Source: Chrysomallon squamiferum
Lineage: Eukaryota > Animalia > Mollusca
Reading direction: 5' to 3'
NCBI GenBank assembly: GCA_012295275.1
Contig: CM022678.1
Location: 6,696,001-6,760,000, forward strand
Length of the DNA: 64,000 bases
Each line of letters begins with the position of its first letter. Within the stretch, counting starts at the first letter, position 1. The translations under genes were made by a program, and so were the position numbers. The notes beneath the pieces were generated by a model. The model did no database searches. It was not told the origin of the DNA and saw only the letters and a list, made by a program, of their open reading frames with translations. Positions 29,623 to 41,205 of this stretch are shown here, in pieces.

Positions 29623-32600
29623 TCAAAAGAAATGATAAATAGTTTATATTGTGTGAATATCTATCTATCTACACACAAACACACACGTGTACATATATTA
29701 TATAAAGATAATAATTTTAAATAATTGTAATAAAATAAAAAAATAAAAAATTTGTTCTGTCATTAGTCTGTTTGTAACAAATACATTTTAAGACTAAAAT
29801 AAACAAACAAACAAACAAATAAATAAATAAAAGTATAAATAAAAGAAAACCATAAACCAAAAGAAATAAAAAAATAAAAGATGGAAATTAATAATTTGGA
29901 CAATTCTATGTTATGAAAACAATATAAATAAAAAGTGCAAAATAATTTTCATATTGTTAGGTTTGGTAAATTACAACTTACCATTAAGAATGACTTCCAG
30001 TTTGATATCAAAAGAGTATGGATCACTGTGTTTTAAATATGGCAGTGGCTCAGGATCCTTAGAAATATAAATATTTCATTAATAAATGATTATTTTTTAA
30101 TAATACAATACATTTATAATATATTTGACTTTGGATGTGTGTTTAAAAAGAACATTTAAAAGATACATACAAAAATGGGAAAAGAAAGTTAAAAAAGTAA
30201 AAAATAAAGAAAATATTATTCATTAAAAAATAAAGTAAGGTGCATTAATTCTGACAGAAAATTATTATCACAGTTTATTAAAGATCATAAAATACCATAG
30301 ATTTATATGAATCAACCATTTAATAGCATCTATAAAACAGAAAAAAATAAATAAAATAAAATTTAAAACTTAATTTTTTGAAAAAATGCACTCAAAAAAA
30401 AATAAAAAATAAATAAATAAATAAATAAATTAAAAAATAAATAAAAATAAAATAAAAAATAAATCAGAAAGAAAAGAAAAGAAAAAATACTTGAGTTGAT
30501 ATGTTTTGAACTCAGGACCTCTGTGTCTAGAAACAAATACTGGTTGTTTGTACCTGTTTGTGGTTGTCAATTTTAAATGGCTGCAGAGCTTCCATGGTTA
30601 CAACCCAGGGAGAAATCGTTGTTCCCAAGTTCTTACCCAGGAAAGGACCAAGGGGTACATACTCCCATTTCTGAATATCCCGAGCTAAAATAAACATTTT
30701 TAATATCAAAATAATGTAACAGTGAGACTGACAAATGTGTTTTATATTAAATGTAAATGATATATATCATATATATATCTCCACAAAAACACACATATAG
30801 ACATATATTTTTTTTTTTATATATATGTATATATAGACACATATTTTCCTAGGTGATAACCATCTGGAAAAGTTAAACACATTCACAGGAAAGCAGAAAA
30901 CTCTACATATTTATAAATGTAAGTACTTATAACTATACTATATAATTCTATCACAATATAAAATTTGACATATATTCTCCAAGCTTAAAAATAACTAAAA
31001 AAGGGCAAATTTATGAAAAAAAAAAAAAAAAAAAAAAAATCCACAACAAAATTTATTAAAATAACAGCAGAGCATAGTAAAAAATGAAAACATTTATTTC
31101 CAATGCAGTTTTCAAGTTATACATCACATAAGCTTTCTGTAACAGTCTGGTACACATTAAAATTCTGACAGTAACAGTCAACATCTTTACTGTTGAATTA
31201 TTATTTTAAATGTTGAGTTATTAATGATTAACTCTGAAAAAATCTCTTGACATACCACTCCAGTCATTCATCAGGACCATCCCAAAAATATGGTCTTCTG
31301 TTTTGTCAATGGGAACAGGATCTCCAAGAGTCGAAGGAGGGCCAACAAAAAAAGCCATTTCTAACTCAATGTCCATCAGTTTGCAAGGACCAAACACAGG
31401 AGGCTTGGCTGAAATAAATAATTAAATATTATTACATTTTTATTGTATTAGATAAAAATAAATTTTGGTCTCAGTGTGTGAGTTTTAGTTTGTGTGTTTG
31501 TCTGTGTATGTATGTGTGTCATTTGGTGTATGTACCTATAGCAACAAATCCTAGAAAACTAATTACTAGTCCATATGTGTGTGTGTCCATGTGTGAGTGT
31601 GTGTACCTTTACATGCCTGTTCTTGTGTGTGTATGTGTTTTTATAATTCTATTTTTGCATGCTACATCAAAACAAAAGGAACTATTATTAAAATCTATGA
31701 ATATGACATCTTACATATACAGATGGTATATAAGAGGAAACATACAAAACTGCTACTAGTAAACTGGGTCGCTCTTTTTTAGTTAGCAGAAAGAGATATG
31801 TTAAATATGCCTTCCCATAAACTTGTAATCAATCAAGTAATCTTTGTAAAAAAAAACTGCACCACACACCTATACTCTAGTGACTGAGCCATTTCTAAAA
31901 GTTTTGTCTTTAGTTGTATTAGAAAAATATTCTCTTTATGTTACATAAACTAATTCACTTTTATAATTTTTAGATAAAAATAAAACTTACTCTCGTCTGG
32001 TCTCTGCTGTCCATTAGGTCGTCTGATGGGAGTGCCAGACACAACAACTGAGGAAGCGCGACCATGGTAACCAACAGGAAGATGTTTCCTGAAAAGATAA
32101 TAAATCAAATCAGTTTTTGTCATTGATATACGAAACGATTGTCAGACATACGTAATGTATATAACAGTCTTTGACAAACTAGTTATGAAGCAATGTTTGG
32201 AACAGGAGCTTAGTATAATGGAAAGAAGAAGACTTAAACCTAGGATTATAATTCATGAAACCAATAGTCTGTACTCCAAATTAAAATGAAGAAAACCCAA
32301 TAATAAATAAACAGATTTAATTTTTGAAAACTTTTAGATTTAAATATTTTAATAGTGATTCCCAAAGATTTTCCCACAAATGATTCATTTATTTAAATTT
32401 TCTCACAGATTGCAGACTGTTTGAAAAGCCTGAGTATTCAACACGTCAACTCTATAATCATTTTAGATTCTGAGTTAAAAAAAAACACAAAAAAATATAA
32501 TAAATTAAATTTTTGATTTAAGTATTAGAACAGCTTGTCAGCACCAAGGACTCCATTTATTTAAATGAATTTTCCCCAAGAACCCAAAGATGAAATGTCT

Positions 32601-33845
32601 CTTTAACAGAATGATTATATTAACTAACAACAAACTCATTATCACAGCTTTACTTTTCAAATGACAGATATATTAATCTGAATAAGCAGTCAAAGTTACA
32701 TGAAACTTTTAAAGTTTATCTTTTTCATCTCTATCAGTGAATAATTATACATTTTGCACTGCTCTTAAAATTTTGAATTTATCTCACTAAATCACTGAAC
32801 TACTTTTGAGGACATGCTAGTTCTGTGAGCCAGAGTCTTGAAAAAGCACTGGAGTTTCTTTTTGGTTTTTCTGTTTTGTAAACTGGTTCATTTAACTCTG
32901 TGTTATTTCATGATCTTCAATAAATTATGATAATTATAATTTACTGTTAAAATTTTCAATTTACTTCACTGAACCACTGAACTATTTTTCAGGACATGCA
33001 AGGTCTGTGAGTCAAAGTGTTGGAAAAAACACTTGTATTAGAACCAAAATTTTAATTTTGTTTTTACCAGTTTGGCATCAGTGCATTTTCAGGCCCTCGG
33101 AACATCACTCCAACATTGTAGGCATGGTTCTTGGAGGAATAGAAATCAGTGTAGTCACCTGAGACAAGAAAAAGTTTTAATTTTTATTAAGTTAAATAAT
33201 TTAAAATAAATGCAGTATTAAATTTATTTGTAGGTGAGAAATACAACAGTTGAAATTTGACATTCAAAAAGCGAAAAAAAGGGAAAACGTAGAAATCTAA
33301 TGAAAATGGAGACACATTTAATATTAAGAATAATATGATAAATGAAGTCACAGTTTCAAGGTACCATTTGTCCAAATAACTAAATAAGTGAATAACTAAG
33401 TTCATTCAAGTAAATAAATAAGAATTAAAAATGAATTTAAGAGGTGAAATGAAATACTAAACAAAATTATTTTTATTAAAATCAAGAGAATACATTTAGA
33501 AGGTACAGTGAATTTTAATATCTAAACCCATAAATGAAAATGACCAAAAACATGGCATGCAATTTAACAATATTTTTGAACCTGGTTGAAATGAATGGAG
33601 CTTGATAACTCCAGATTTTTAATGCTCTATTAGTATCTATAAAAATATTTAACTTGGAGGTGAACAATACTGCAGTGAATAAAATTAAAAGTCTGAGAAA
33701 CAAATAATACCTATATTTGCTGGTAAGTGCATTGTTGCTTTGGACTGACTAACAAAAGCCCTAGAACAGAAAATAAAATAAAAATTCAGTTTTATTAAAA
33801 CTTTTAAAGAATCAAATAGAAATAATAATAACGATAACGATAATG

Positions 33846-33892
<47 letters not shown>

Positions 33893-34350
33893 CCATAGCA
33901 ACAATAACAATGCTGAAACTGAAAATAAGTACAAATTAAAAGATTATATATATATCATTTTTAAAACATGTATTTTTAAGACCTCAGTTACAGAATTTTA
34001 CGAAATCACACTAACTATACAAAACTGATATATTACCAAAATGATTAAAACTTAACAAAAACGTAAAATTTCAGATATTTTCATAAGAAACACTTCTTGG
34101 AGGAAATAAAAAGTTTTCAAATGATCTAATTTAAAACAATTCTTGTAAATATTTTACTTTGATCTCAGGTCACTGTTGTCACGAAGCACAGCCTCTGAGG
34201 CTGATAAAATCTTCTGTAGTGTCGCTCTCGCTTCCTGCCAGGCTGGTTTCCCTAGCGACATGAACCCATTAAGAACAGGCTGAAAAAAAAAAAAAAAATA
34301 AAATATAAAATAATGATGATATGATAATGATAATGATAATGATAATGTTA

Positions 34351-34385
<35 letters not shown>

Positions 34386-34412
34386 AATAATAATAATAAT
34401 AATAAAAATAAA

Positions 34413-34467
<55 letters not shown>

Positions 34468-34776
34468 TCAGATGGTTTTGACTTAAATACTTCAGTGTTG
34501 GGTTTGTGTTAAGTTATTTCATTTATATAATTTTTATATCCCTTTTCAAAGTTTATTTAGTTTGGTTGTGAAAATTGTTTTTTTTTTTTTTTTTTTTAAG
34601 TGAAGAACTAAAATAAATAGCATGTGTTTGTGTTTCTGTGTGTGTGTATAGTACATAGAACAGATTAAAACATGAAACTTAATAAAAAAAAAGTTTTAAA
34701 AAGTGAAAGTGTACAAATGTTTTACAGATATCTGTCAAGCTCTTTCACAGTTAACACACACACACAAAGACACACA

Positions 34777-34815
<39 letters not shown>

Positions 34816-37800
34816 ACACACAAACACATACACACACAAACACCTCATCAAACACATGTTGTTTTCCTGACAGCACTGGGCCACTGAAGAGATGTTTTAC
34901 AACACTGAGGTCAAGGATCTGGTCTCCAATAGCAACACCAATCCTCTTCCTTGGCTGTAATATAAAATTAATTGGATGAAAATAAATCTTTGTTTAATGA
35001 TGTGTACACATTTTAGTTTTAATGGGTTACTGAATATATCAGAATATAAATAGATGAATAAAAATTTGTTTAATGGTGTCAACACATTTTAAAATATTAT
35101 TGATTACTAAATATATCAAAATATACTTTGTGGAATTTTTGTATAATGATACTTCCAGAAAAAACAAAAATTGCTATTATTCCATTTTGTTTAGCAGCAA
35201 ATACATTTTTTTTTCATATTCAAAGAAAATATCATTTATACTCCCTTTTATAAATCTGTTACAACACACTAGATGGGATAATAAACAGTACAATGTATGC
35301 ACCAAAAAAATCCTTATTCCCTGAACAATAATGTTTTACATGATTTTTTTTCAACAACCAAGCATCTTCATGTTTTGATACAGCAACAACAACAGGAACA
35401 ACAGTAACAACAATAAAAATGATGATACATGCATACAGACTGGAAAGAGCACTTTTTGTGGTATGTTAATTAAAAAATTTTTTAATATTATTTAATCTTC
35501 TAGTGTTTTCTTGACATCTAGAAGTATTGGCTAATGTTTATTTTCTAACACTGGTGACCAAATTATGGCAAATATAATAAAAATAATTATTTAATAATTA
35601 ACTGGGCCATCAAGGATAAACACAGACAAAATTATACAAATTATTTTTATTAATATATTTATATATTATCTGTATTATTTCAGAATTAATCAACACACAC
35701 ACACATACACACGTAAGCTTACCAACATATCGTTGATAGATGCAATGTTTATAGTTAAATGGAAGTAAAACATTTCCTCATGTACAGTGCTCTACTGGCT
35801 GTGTTTTACATATAGGAAACTGTGGTCTCTCAAAACTTATAATACTCAGCATCAATCCTTGGAATATTAGTTTTATAATTGCTATATTCTTTCAGTTAGA
35901 AACTCTTGATGGCATGACCATGACGTGGTAATGTATTTAATATTTACAAAATAGCACGAAGACTGGGAAAAAGGATTTTTATACTATTCTGTGACAGCTC
36001 GACAGTGTGGACAGAAAAATTTGGCATCGTTTGCGATAGAATTTTCTTTTTCACAGAATTTTAGATGAACCCAGTGAGGACAGGTGTCACACTGGGCCCA
36101 GTGAACCAGAACGACACGGTCGAGATCTTGCGTCTGCACAGGTTCAAAAAGTCCACACACGCAGCATTTTTCTTCTTCATTGAATTCAGCATTGTTGTAG
36201 TCGACGTCGCTGCTGTCGATCTCACACACAGTCGGTTTCATGCTGTTGTCGCTGTCTCTGGCTTCCACAGATGATGCAACGTTGTCAGTGCTGGTGCTTG
36301 CGACTGGGTCTAGTTCTGCTTCAGCGAGCAGTGGAAGCTTGTTCTGATTTTGTAATGCGGAACTTTTGGATTCATCCACGTCTTTAATTTTTTCAACTTT
36401 TTCTTTCCGTTTCTTTTTAAACTTTTTACTGAGATGTTTTATTTTAGTCCTTTCTTTAAAAAATGCATCAAAGTCCATTTCAGTCAGCGTATCATTTGAA
36501 GAACTGTCCGATACAGTGAGCAAGCTGCTATTTATAGCTCCAGGATCCAAAGGATAGATACCCGTTTTTCTAAAACTGTGCACCAAGTTCTGATGAGAAA
36601 GCGACTTCGGATAAACCCGGCATACAACTTCACACAAACTGTCTGCAGTGAAAGCCTCATCTTCGAAAATGGCAGCTTCCTCTTTCATGAACTTCTTGAA
36701 AGGACCAAAACAGCCGACATCCAAAGGCTGGATAAGCTGACTTCTGTGTGGTGGGACAACAAACAAAATCACTCTGTGTTCTTTCGCCCAGTCTATCAGC
36801 GCGGAATTAATATGGCTGGCGTGTCCATCGTACAACACTAGCCTGTAATCGGAGTCGGAGCCCATTGTGAACTTCAGAAAATGATTTTTAATAAAATCCT
36901 TGAACAGGATGTTGTTTGACCAGCCATTCTCGGATGTCTGAACTCTGGTTCCTGGAGAACATTTCTGTGATAACTGCGTCGACATTTTCTTGCCTTTGAA
37001 AATGATGAATGGAGGAATGCAGGAGCCAATGGCATTTCCACAAGCAATAACAATCACCGATAAAGATTTCAAATTCGGAACAGCACCGGGTTTGCTTCGC
37101 TTGGAAACAACAACCCTGCCAGGCTTATCGTCAGCTGTAATTCCAATTTCGTCAACGTTGTAAATACATTGTGGCTTACCATGCAATTCGTACCTATCCA
37201 TCAGTGTTTTTAGTTCAGAGAAATATTTGTCAAAAACGCCTGGCTTGTCATGTCTCGATTTTGGTAACTGTGCGTTTCTTGATCGAAGCGACAGAATTTC
37301 CGGCCATCGCTGATAAAATCGGTTCAACCAACCATTTGAGAGTTTTTTCTCGGAGACAAAATTGTCAAAAAATGTGCATAATCTGTAGCTAGCTGGATGA
37401 CTTCTGCTCTCGAGTAACCGTAGCCTAAACTAGCCAAATGTCTAATCTGATTAATCAGTCTTTCTTCGTGAATCTTTTCAAAAATTGTGTGTTTTCCGCT
37501 TCCTTTCTGCTCTGGGTAACGTATTTTTCCTGCTTTCCGATCACCAAGAGTTTGTTTCGGAATACCAAATATTTGTGATGCTTTGTACATTGTCATTCCA
37601 CCTTCGACTGCCTTCCATGCTGCAAAAAGTGATTCTTCTGAATATTTTGCCCTTTTTTTTCTTACGATCTTCTCTTCAGAATTTTTTTTAGGCTTCTGAA
37701 ACAAGAATAATTCATATTTTGAAAGTTTTACGGATTAATAATAAACAAAAATTAATATTCATAATGTTAATTTTTAAACAAAATATGTTATGAAATATTT

Positions 37801-38829
37801 AAAAAGTTATGTTTTTACATTAAAAATCTGGCGATATATTCCAAAAATTAGAACAACTATCATGAAAATCCATTCTGAATAAACAGTCTTATACGATACA
37901 TAATAAATTTATTCAGTTTGGGGTCAAATATATTGTGACTGTAAAAAGTTTAATTATGCATGTCATAGTTATTCATTTTGTTTCATAACTGATAATAATA
38001 ATATTTATCATCATCAGATATCAGTTCTTCTTTAACTATATGCCAATTTATTAAAAATAACTTTTTCAAGAATGGATGTAAACAGAGAATTCTGACAGAT
38101 AGACCGATTTTTGGTTTTTAGTGATTTGTGAAGGTTCGTATGGCGGACCTTTGTGAATTAGACGACCGTGTCTCGATGCAAGTACAAATTTGACATCTGT
38201 CAAGTGTCACAATGTTTATTTTAGTTGTCGTTATGCATTTAATTTGATATACAACTGTCGTGCATAAATCTGAAGTAAAAAATAATTCTTACCTGTTTTC
38301 TCCTCATTTTAAAAATTTTGGTGGCGTCGTCTTTGAAGGAAAATTACTAAAATCGTCCAGAAGTCATTTCACGCTTGCGCAGATAAGGTATTAAAAAAAA
38401 AAAAAAAAATATATAGGACCGGATGTAAAATGTATGAACCGGTTTATGGGATCGCCCGATTCACGACGTTTGTAAATATCAGCCACGTGTGTGGCTCAAA
38501 TACAAGAAATGACATGTCGACCGGTATAACTGATTTTTACCCATTAAAAATAGATTGTATGTCCCCATAGGTTAGCATCCAAAAATATTTTGCCACTGTC
38601 AAATCAATTTTAATAACCTTACCACGTCTGATTAAGGGGTGTGTGACCATTCAATATTTTGATTGGTTAAATTATTTGGTAACCTCAGGATCGGGATCTT
38701 TGTTCCAAGGACCTTGCTTTACTTACAGGTGATACATTTTATGCTTACGTTGTCATCTGTTGAAAATATGCCATATGGAAGATTCTGAATAGGAAAGTGA
38801 CTGTCTGCATCGACATTAATAAATGACAT
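27504..38829 (-). CDS. FAH: Fumarylacetoacetase (fumarylacetoacetate hydrolase), 13 coding exons, 419 aa
   Basis: Exons spliced by hand, all GT-AG and phase-compatible: 38749-38829, 34844-34954, 34158-34279, 33711-33760, 33068-33158, 31991-32088, 31256-31408, 30554-30684, 29982-30057, 29513-29559, 28583-28684, 28048-28165, 27504-27583. Total is 1260 nt including TAG. Recognisable motifs: [120 protein letters not shown]. Confidence 0.97.
28690..29180. repeat. (AAAT)n/(GAAT)n tetranucleotide array filling much of FAH intron 10
   Basis: Seen directly. Confidence 0.9.
31725..31825 (+). mobile_element. Degenerate SINE-like remnant in FAH intron 6
   Basis: agaggaaac...ttagcag..ga..t..atatgc..tcccata resembles, from memory, the core of abundant molluscan SINEs. 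A weakly related copy lies in the opposite orientation at about 10810-10898. Confidence 0.3.
32765..33035. repeat. Diverged direct duplication in FAH intron 5 (about 85-bp core, about 180-bp spacing)
   Basis: aaatttt.aattta...cact.aa.cactgaacta.tttt.aggacatgc.ag.tctgtgag.ca.agt.ttg.aaaa.cact occurs twice. Confidence 0.8.
35984..37342 (-). CDS. Catalytic DDE_1 endonuclease domain plus C-terminal PHD finger of the nested transposase
   Basis: The frame is open from [14 protein letters not shown] onwards with no stops. Triad D(YNVDE)-D(YDGH)-35 aa-D(QPLD). C-terminus is CCVC...[16 protein letters not shown]...FFCPHC. Confidence 0.9.
   Translation of the reverse strand, partial: LSNGWLNRFYQRWPEILSLRSRNAQLPKSRHDKPGVFDKYFSELKTLMDRYELHGKPQCIYNVDEIGITADDKPGRVVVSKRSKPGAVPNLKSLSVIVIACGNAIGSCIPPFIIFKGKKMSTQLSQKCSPGTRVQTSENGWSNNILFKDFIKNHFLKFTMGSDSDYRLVLYDGHASHINSALIDWAKEHRVILFVVPPHRSQLIQPLDVGCFGPFKKFMKEEAAIFEDEAFTADSLCEVVCRVYPKSLSHQNLVHSFRKTGIYPLDPGAINSSLLTVSDSSSNDTLTEMDFDAFFKERTKIKHLSKKFKKKRKEKVEKIKDVDESKSSALQNQNKLPLLAEAELDPVASTSTDNVASSVEARDSDNSMKPTVCEIDSSDVDYNNAEFNEEEKCCVCGLFEPVQTQDLDRVVLVHWAQCDTCPHWVHLKFCEKENSIANDAKFFCPHCRAVTE
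35984..38307 (-). CDS. pogo-superfamily (DD35D, Fot1/Passer-like) transposase-derived gene with PHD finger, nested in FAH intron 1; about 575 aa if the -1 frame junction is bridged
   Basis: A micro-exon ATG AGG AGA AAA CAG|gtaaga (38293-38307, MRRKQ) splices in phase 0 to the acceptor ttcttgtttcag|AAG at 37695. ORF 37324-37695 encodes the HTH region. ORF 35984-37327, in the -1 frame, encodes the DDE domain ([19 protein letters not shown]) and a C4HC3 PHD finger. Confidence 0.85.
37324..37695 (-). CDS. N-terminal DNA-binding part of the nested transposase (pipsqueak-type HTH plus start of a CENP-B/Tc5-type HTH)
   Basis: [40 protein letters not shown] fits the psq HTH pattern, followed by [31 protein letters not shown]. 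The frame ends at TGA 37324-37326. Confidence 0.85.
   Translation of the reverse strand, partial: KPKKNSEEKIVRKKRAKYSEESLFAAWKAVEGGMTMYKASQIFGIPKQTLGDRKAGKIRYPEQKGSGKHTIFEKIHEERLINQIRHLASLGYGYSRAEVIQLATDYAHFLTILSPRKNSQMVG
38308..38540 (-). promoter_or_regulatory. Putative internal promoter and 5' UTR of the nested transposase gene
   Basis: CpG-rich patch in an otherwise AT-rich intron, directly upstream of the MRRKQ micro-exon. It has an ETS-like CCGGATGT (about 38419) and a CACGTG E-box within the AGCCAC-GTGT-GTGGCT inverted repeat (38481-38496). Confidence 0.4.
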
Positions 38830-39396
38830 TCTGTAAAAAGTCCGAGATGCTGAACACGCAAAACAAACGTAATCGGACGACAAACCACGTGGTATACTTA
38901 AAACCAATAAAGTAAAGCTATCCGGACATTCTTTACGTTTTTAGTTTCGTATATTAATTGTTCTGTGAAGCTTTATACATTGTCATATATATTACTAATT
39001 GAAATAATAATTATTTCTGTTTTATTTTTAGAAAATGATATCTTTATATTATTCTTCTACGGAATAAAATTATATCTGAATAACCATTTCAATAAGAAAT
39101 ACGGATCGGATTTTTATATTTGGATTGTTTTCGTAGGCTGTAATAAATAAGTAAATCTGACCCAAACAGATTGAAAACATTATTACCTTAATTAGAGTTA
39201 ATTAAGAACCATCAGCAATATAAATAACTGTAAAGTTTTAACATTTGTCTCAATTTTGAAACCTCTCGTAATTTTTGCCTGATCCACAGTTGGGTTAGAT
39301 GCATGGCTCTAAACACAAATACACATAAAAACGCGAAACCAGTGCAACGTGAGTTTATAGCGAAAACTAGACAGTTGTACATTAAAAACGTCTGAA

Positions 39397-39492
<96 letters not shown>

Positions 39493-39878
39493 CAAATTCC
39501 AAATAGTCTATGGCCTTATCAGTCAATTAACCATCATGAATTAAAAACAAATACTTCAAAGCAGCAACAACAGTAATAATAATATTCTGATTTATTCTTC
39601 GTCAACATGAAAAACGTACCTTACCACCTTTTCACGATTAGAATATTTAACTGTCATATCTACCAAATCAAACACTCTCTAAAAAAAAAAAAAAAAATAA
39701 TTTTAAACTAACAAATAAATAAATAAATAAGACAAAAAAAAAGTATACCCCCCCAAAAAAAAACCCACGAGTAAACCATAACAAATAAAATAAAAACGAC
39801 AGTAAAGAAATGGGGACAGAAAAAGAACGTTGATGAGTATAACTTTGTAAGAAAATACGTCTGTTGTACATATTGTTA

Positions 39879-39922
<44 letters not shown>

Positions 39923-39967
39923 TTATACGTTTGTTATTGCTGTAAACGAATCGTAATGACACCAACT

Positions 39968-40022
<55 letters not shown>

Positions 40023-40949
40023 TAAAACTCGTACATAAACACAAAATAAATACTCATTATACTGCCTTCGTTATTCTCGGATGCTTTTCGACAAGAATAA
40101 TAGTAACAGATTGTATGATCCAGTATCTCCTTACTGATACGATAGTTACTATACATAATTGAAGTTTTTGCCAGTTATTGACATTCTGCTTTCTAATTGT
40201 GTCACATTTCTCACTCAGTTATAATTTTGTCGGATATATGCACATCGTACAAATCACACGCTGATTAAATGATGCGCATTTATTACACCTGCGCAAGGAG
40301 CATTTCCGCTAATTGTTACAACGTCACAATTGATGTTACCGCTAGTACTGTTTTGTCGAAACCTTTTTGTTTTTACACTGAATATTTCTTTAAAAAGACT
40401 AGCTTATTATTATTATTATTATTATTATTATTTCTTTGTTTCAAATTATTAATTATTAATCCTATTTTCTTTATTTGTTTGTTACTTTGAAGTTTTGTTT
40501 TGTTTTGCATTTTTCGTTTGTTTTATTGGATTTGCTTTGTTTATTTTTATTATTTTTTATTATTATTATCTTATTATAAATGTGTTTTTTATTTTCGTAT
40601 GTTTATGTGTTTGTATGTATGCATGTATATATATATATATGAATTATATGTATATGTATGTATGAATTATATGTACAGGTATGTATGTGAGACCGTCATA
40701 AAAGAAAATTCATGAAAAGAAGGAAAATTTAAATCGTATATAGTATTATATTAAATTTAAATCTTATTTTTATTTTTCATGGATGACGACATTACACAGT
40801 CCGCATTTCAGGATTGGTCGATGCCAGTTTCCTCGACCGAATTAGAAAAAGGTAATTTCATTAAGGAGATTTCCGTTTCTCCAACCTTGCCATTGCCCTG
40901 ACCTTCTTGTCGGAGCAGACAGCTCCTAAAGTAATATTTTCATAAAAAA
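38830..40949. promoter_or_regulatory. Intergenic region between divergent FAH and DLAT start codons (promoters and 5' UTRs)
   Basis: Head-to-head ATGs at 38829 (minus) and 40950 (plus). There are CpG-richer patches next to each start and an ATTGG (CCAAT box) at about 40813. Confidence 0.6.
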
Positions 40950-41137
40950 ATGTTTCGTCCTTCATTTGTTGTCCGATGTGTACTAAGACAGACATCATTA
41001 CGAAATCTAAGAATAACTGGTCAGAGATGTATTTGTAGCAGGCTGACACGACACTCGCTTATAAGGTACACTTAGTTACATCGTTACTGTCACAGTGACA
41101 CCGGTAGTTCAGATTTATCATTTTTGATTTCATGATC

Positions 41138-41205
<68 letters not shown>

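Noticed and set aside
37365-37373. T_TTT_TTG as an alternative slippery site upstream of A_AAA_AAC
   Set aside because: It is in phase, but heptamers ending in G are poor in eukaryotes, and the zero-frame YAHFL looks more family-like than the shifted reading. Kept only as a possible indel position.
36065-37691. Plus-strand ORFs overlapping the transposase, and minus-strand ORFs overlapping DLAT exons (42435-42725, 43355-43667)
   Set aside because: Antisense shadows of real coding sequence.
34955-38748. Terminal inverted repeats around the transposase
   Set aside because: None found by eye, so no element boundaries are called; a computational search is still needed.
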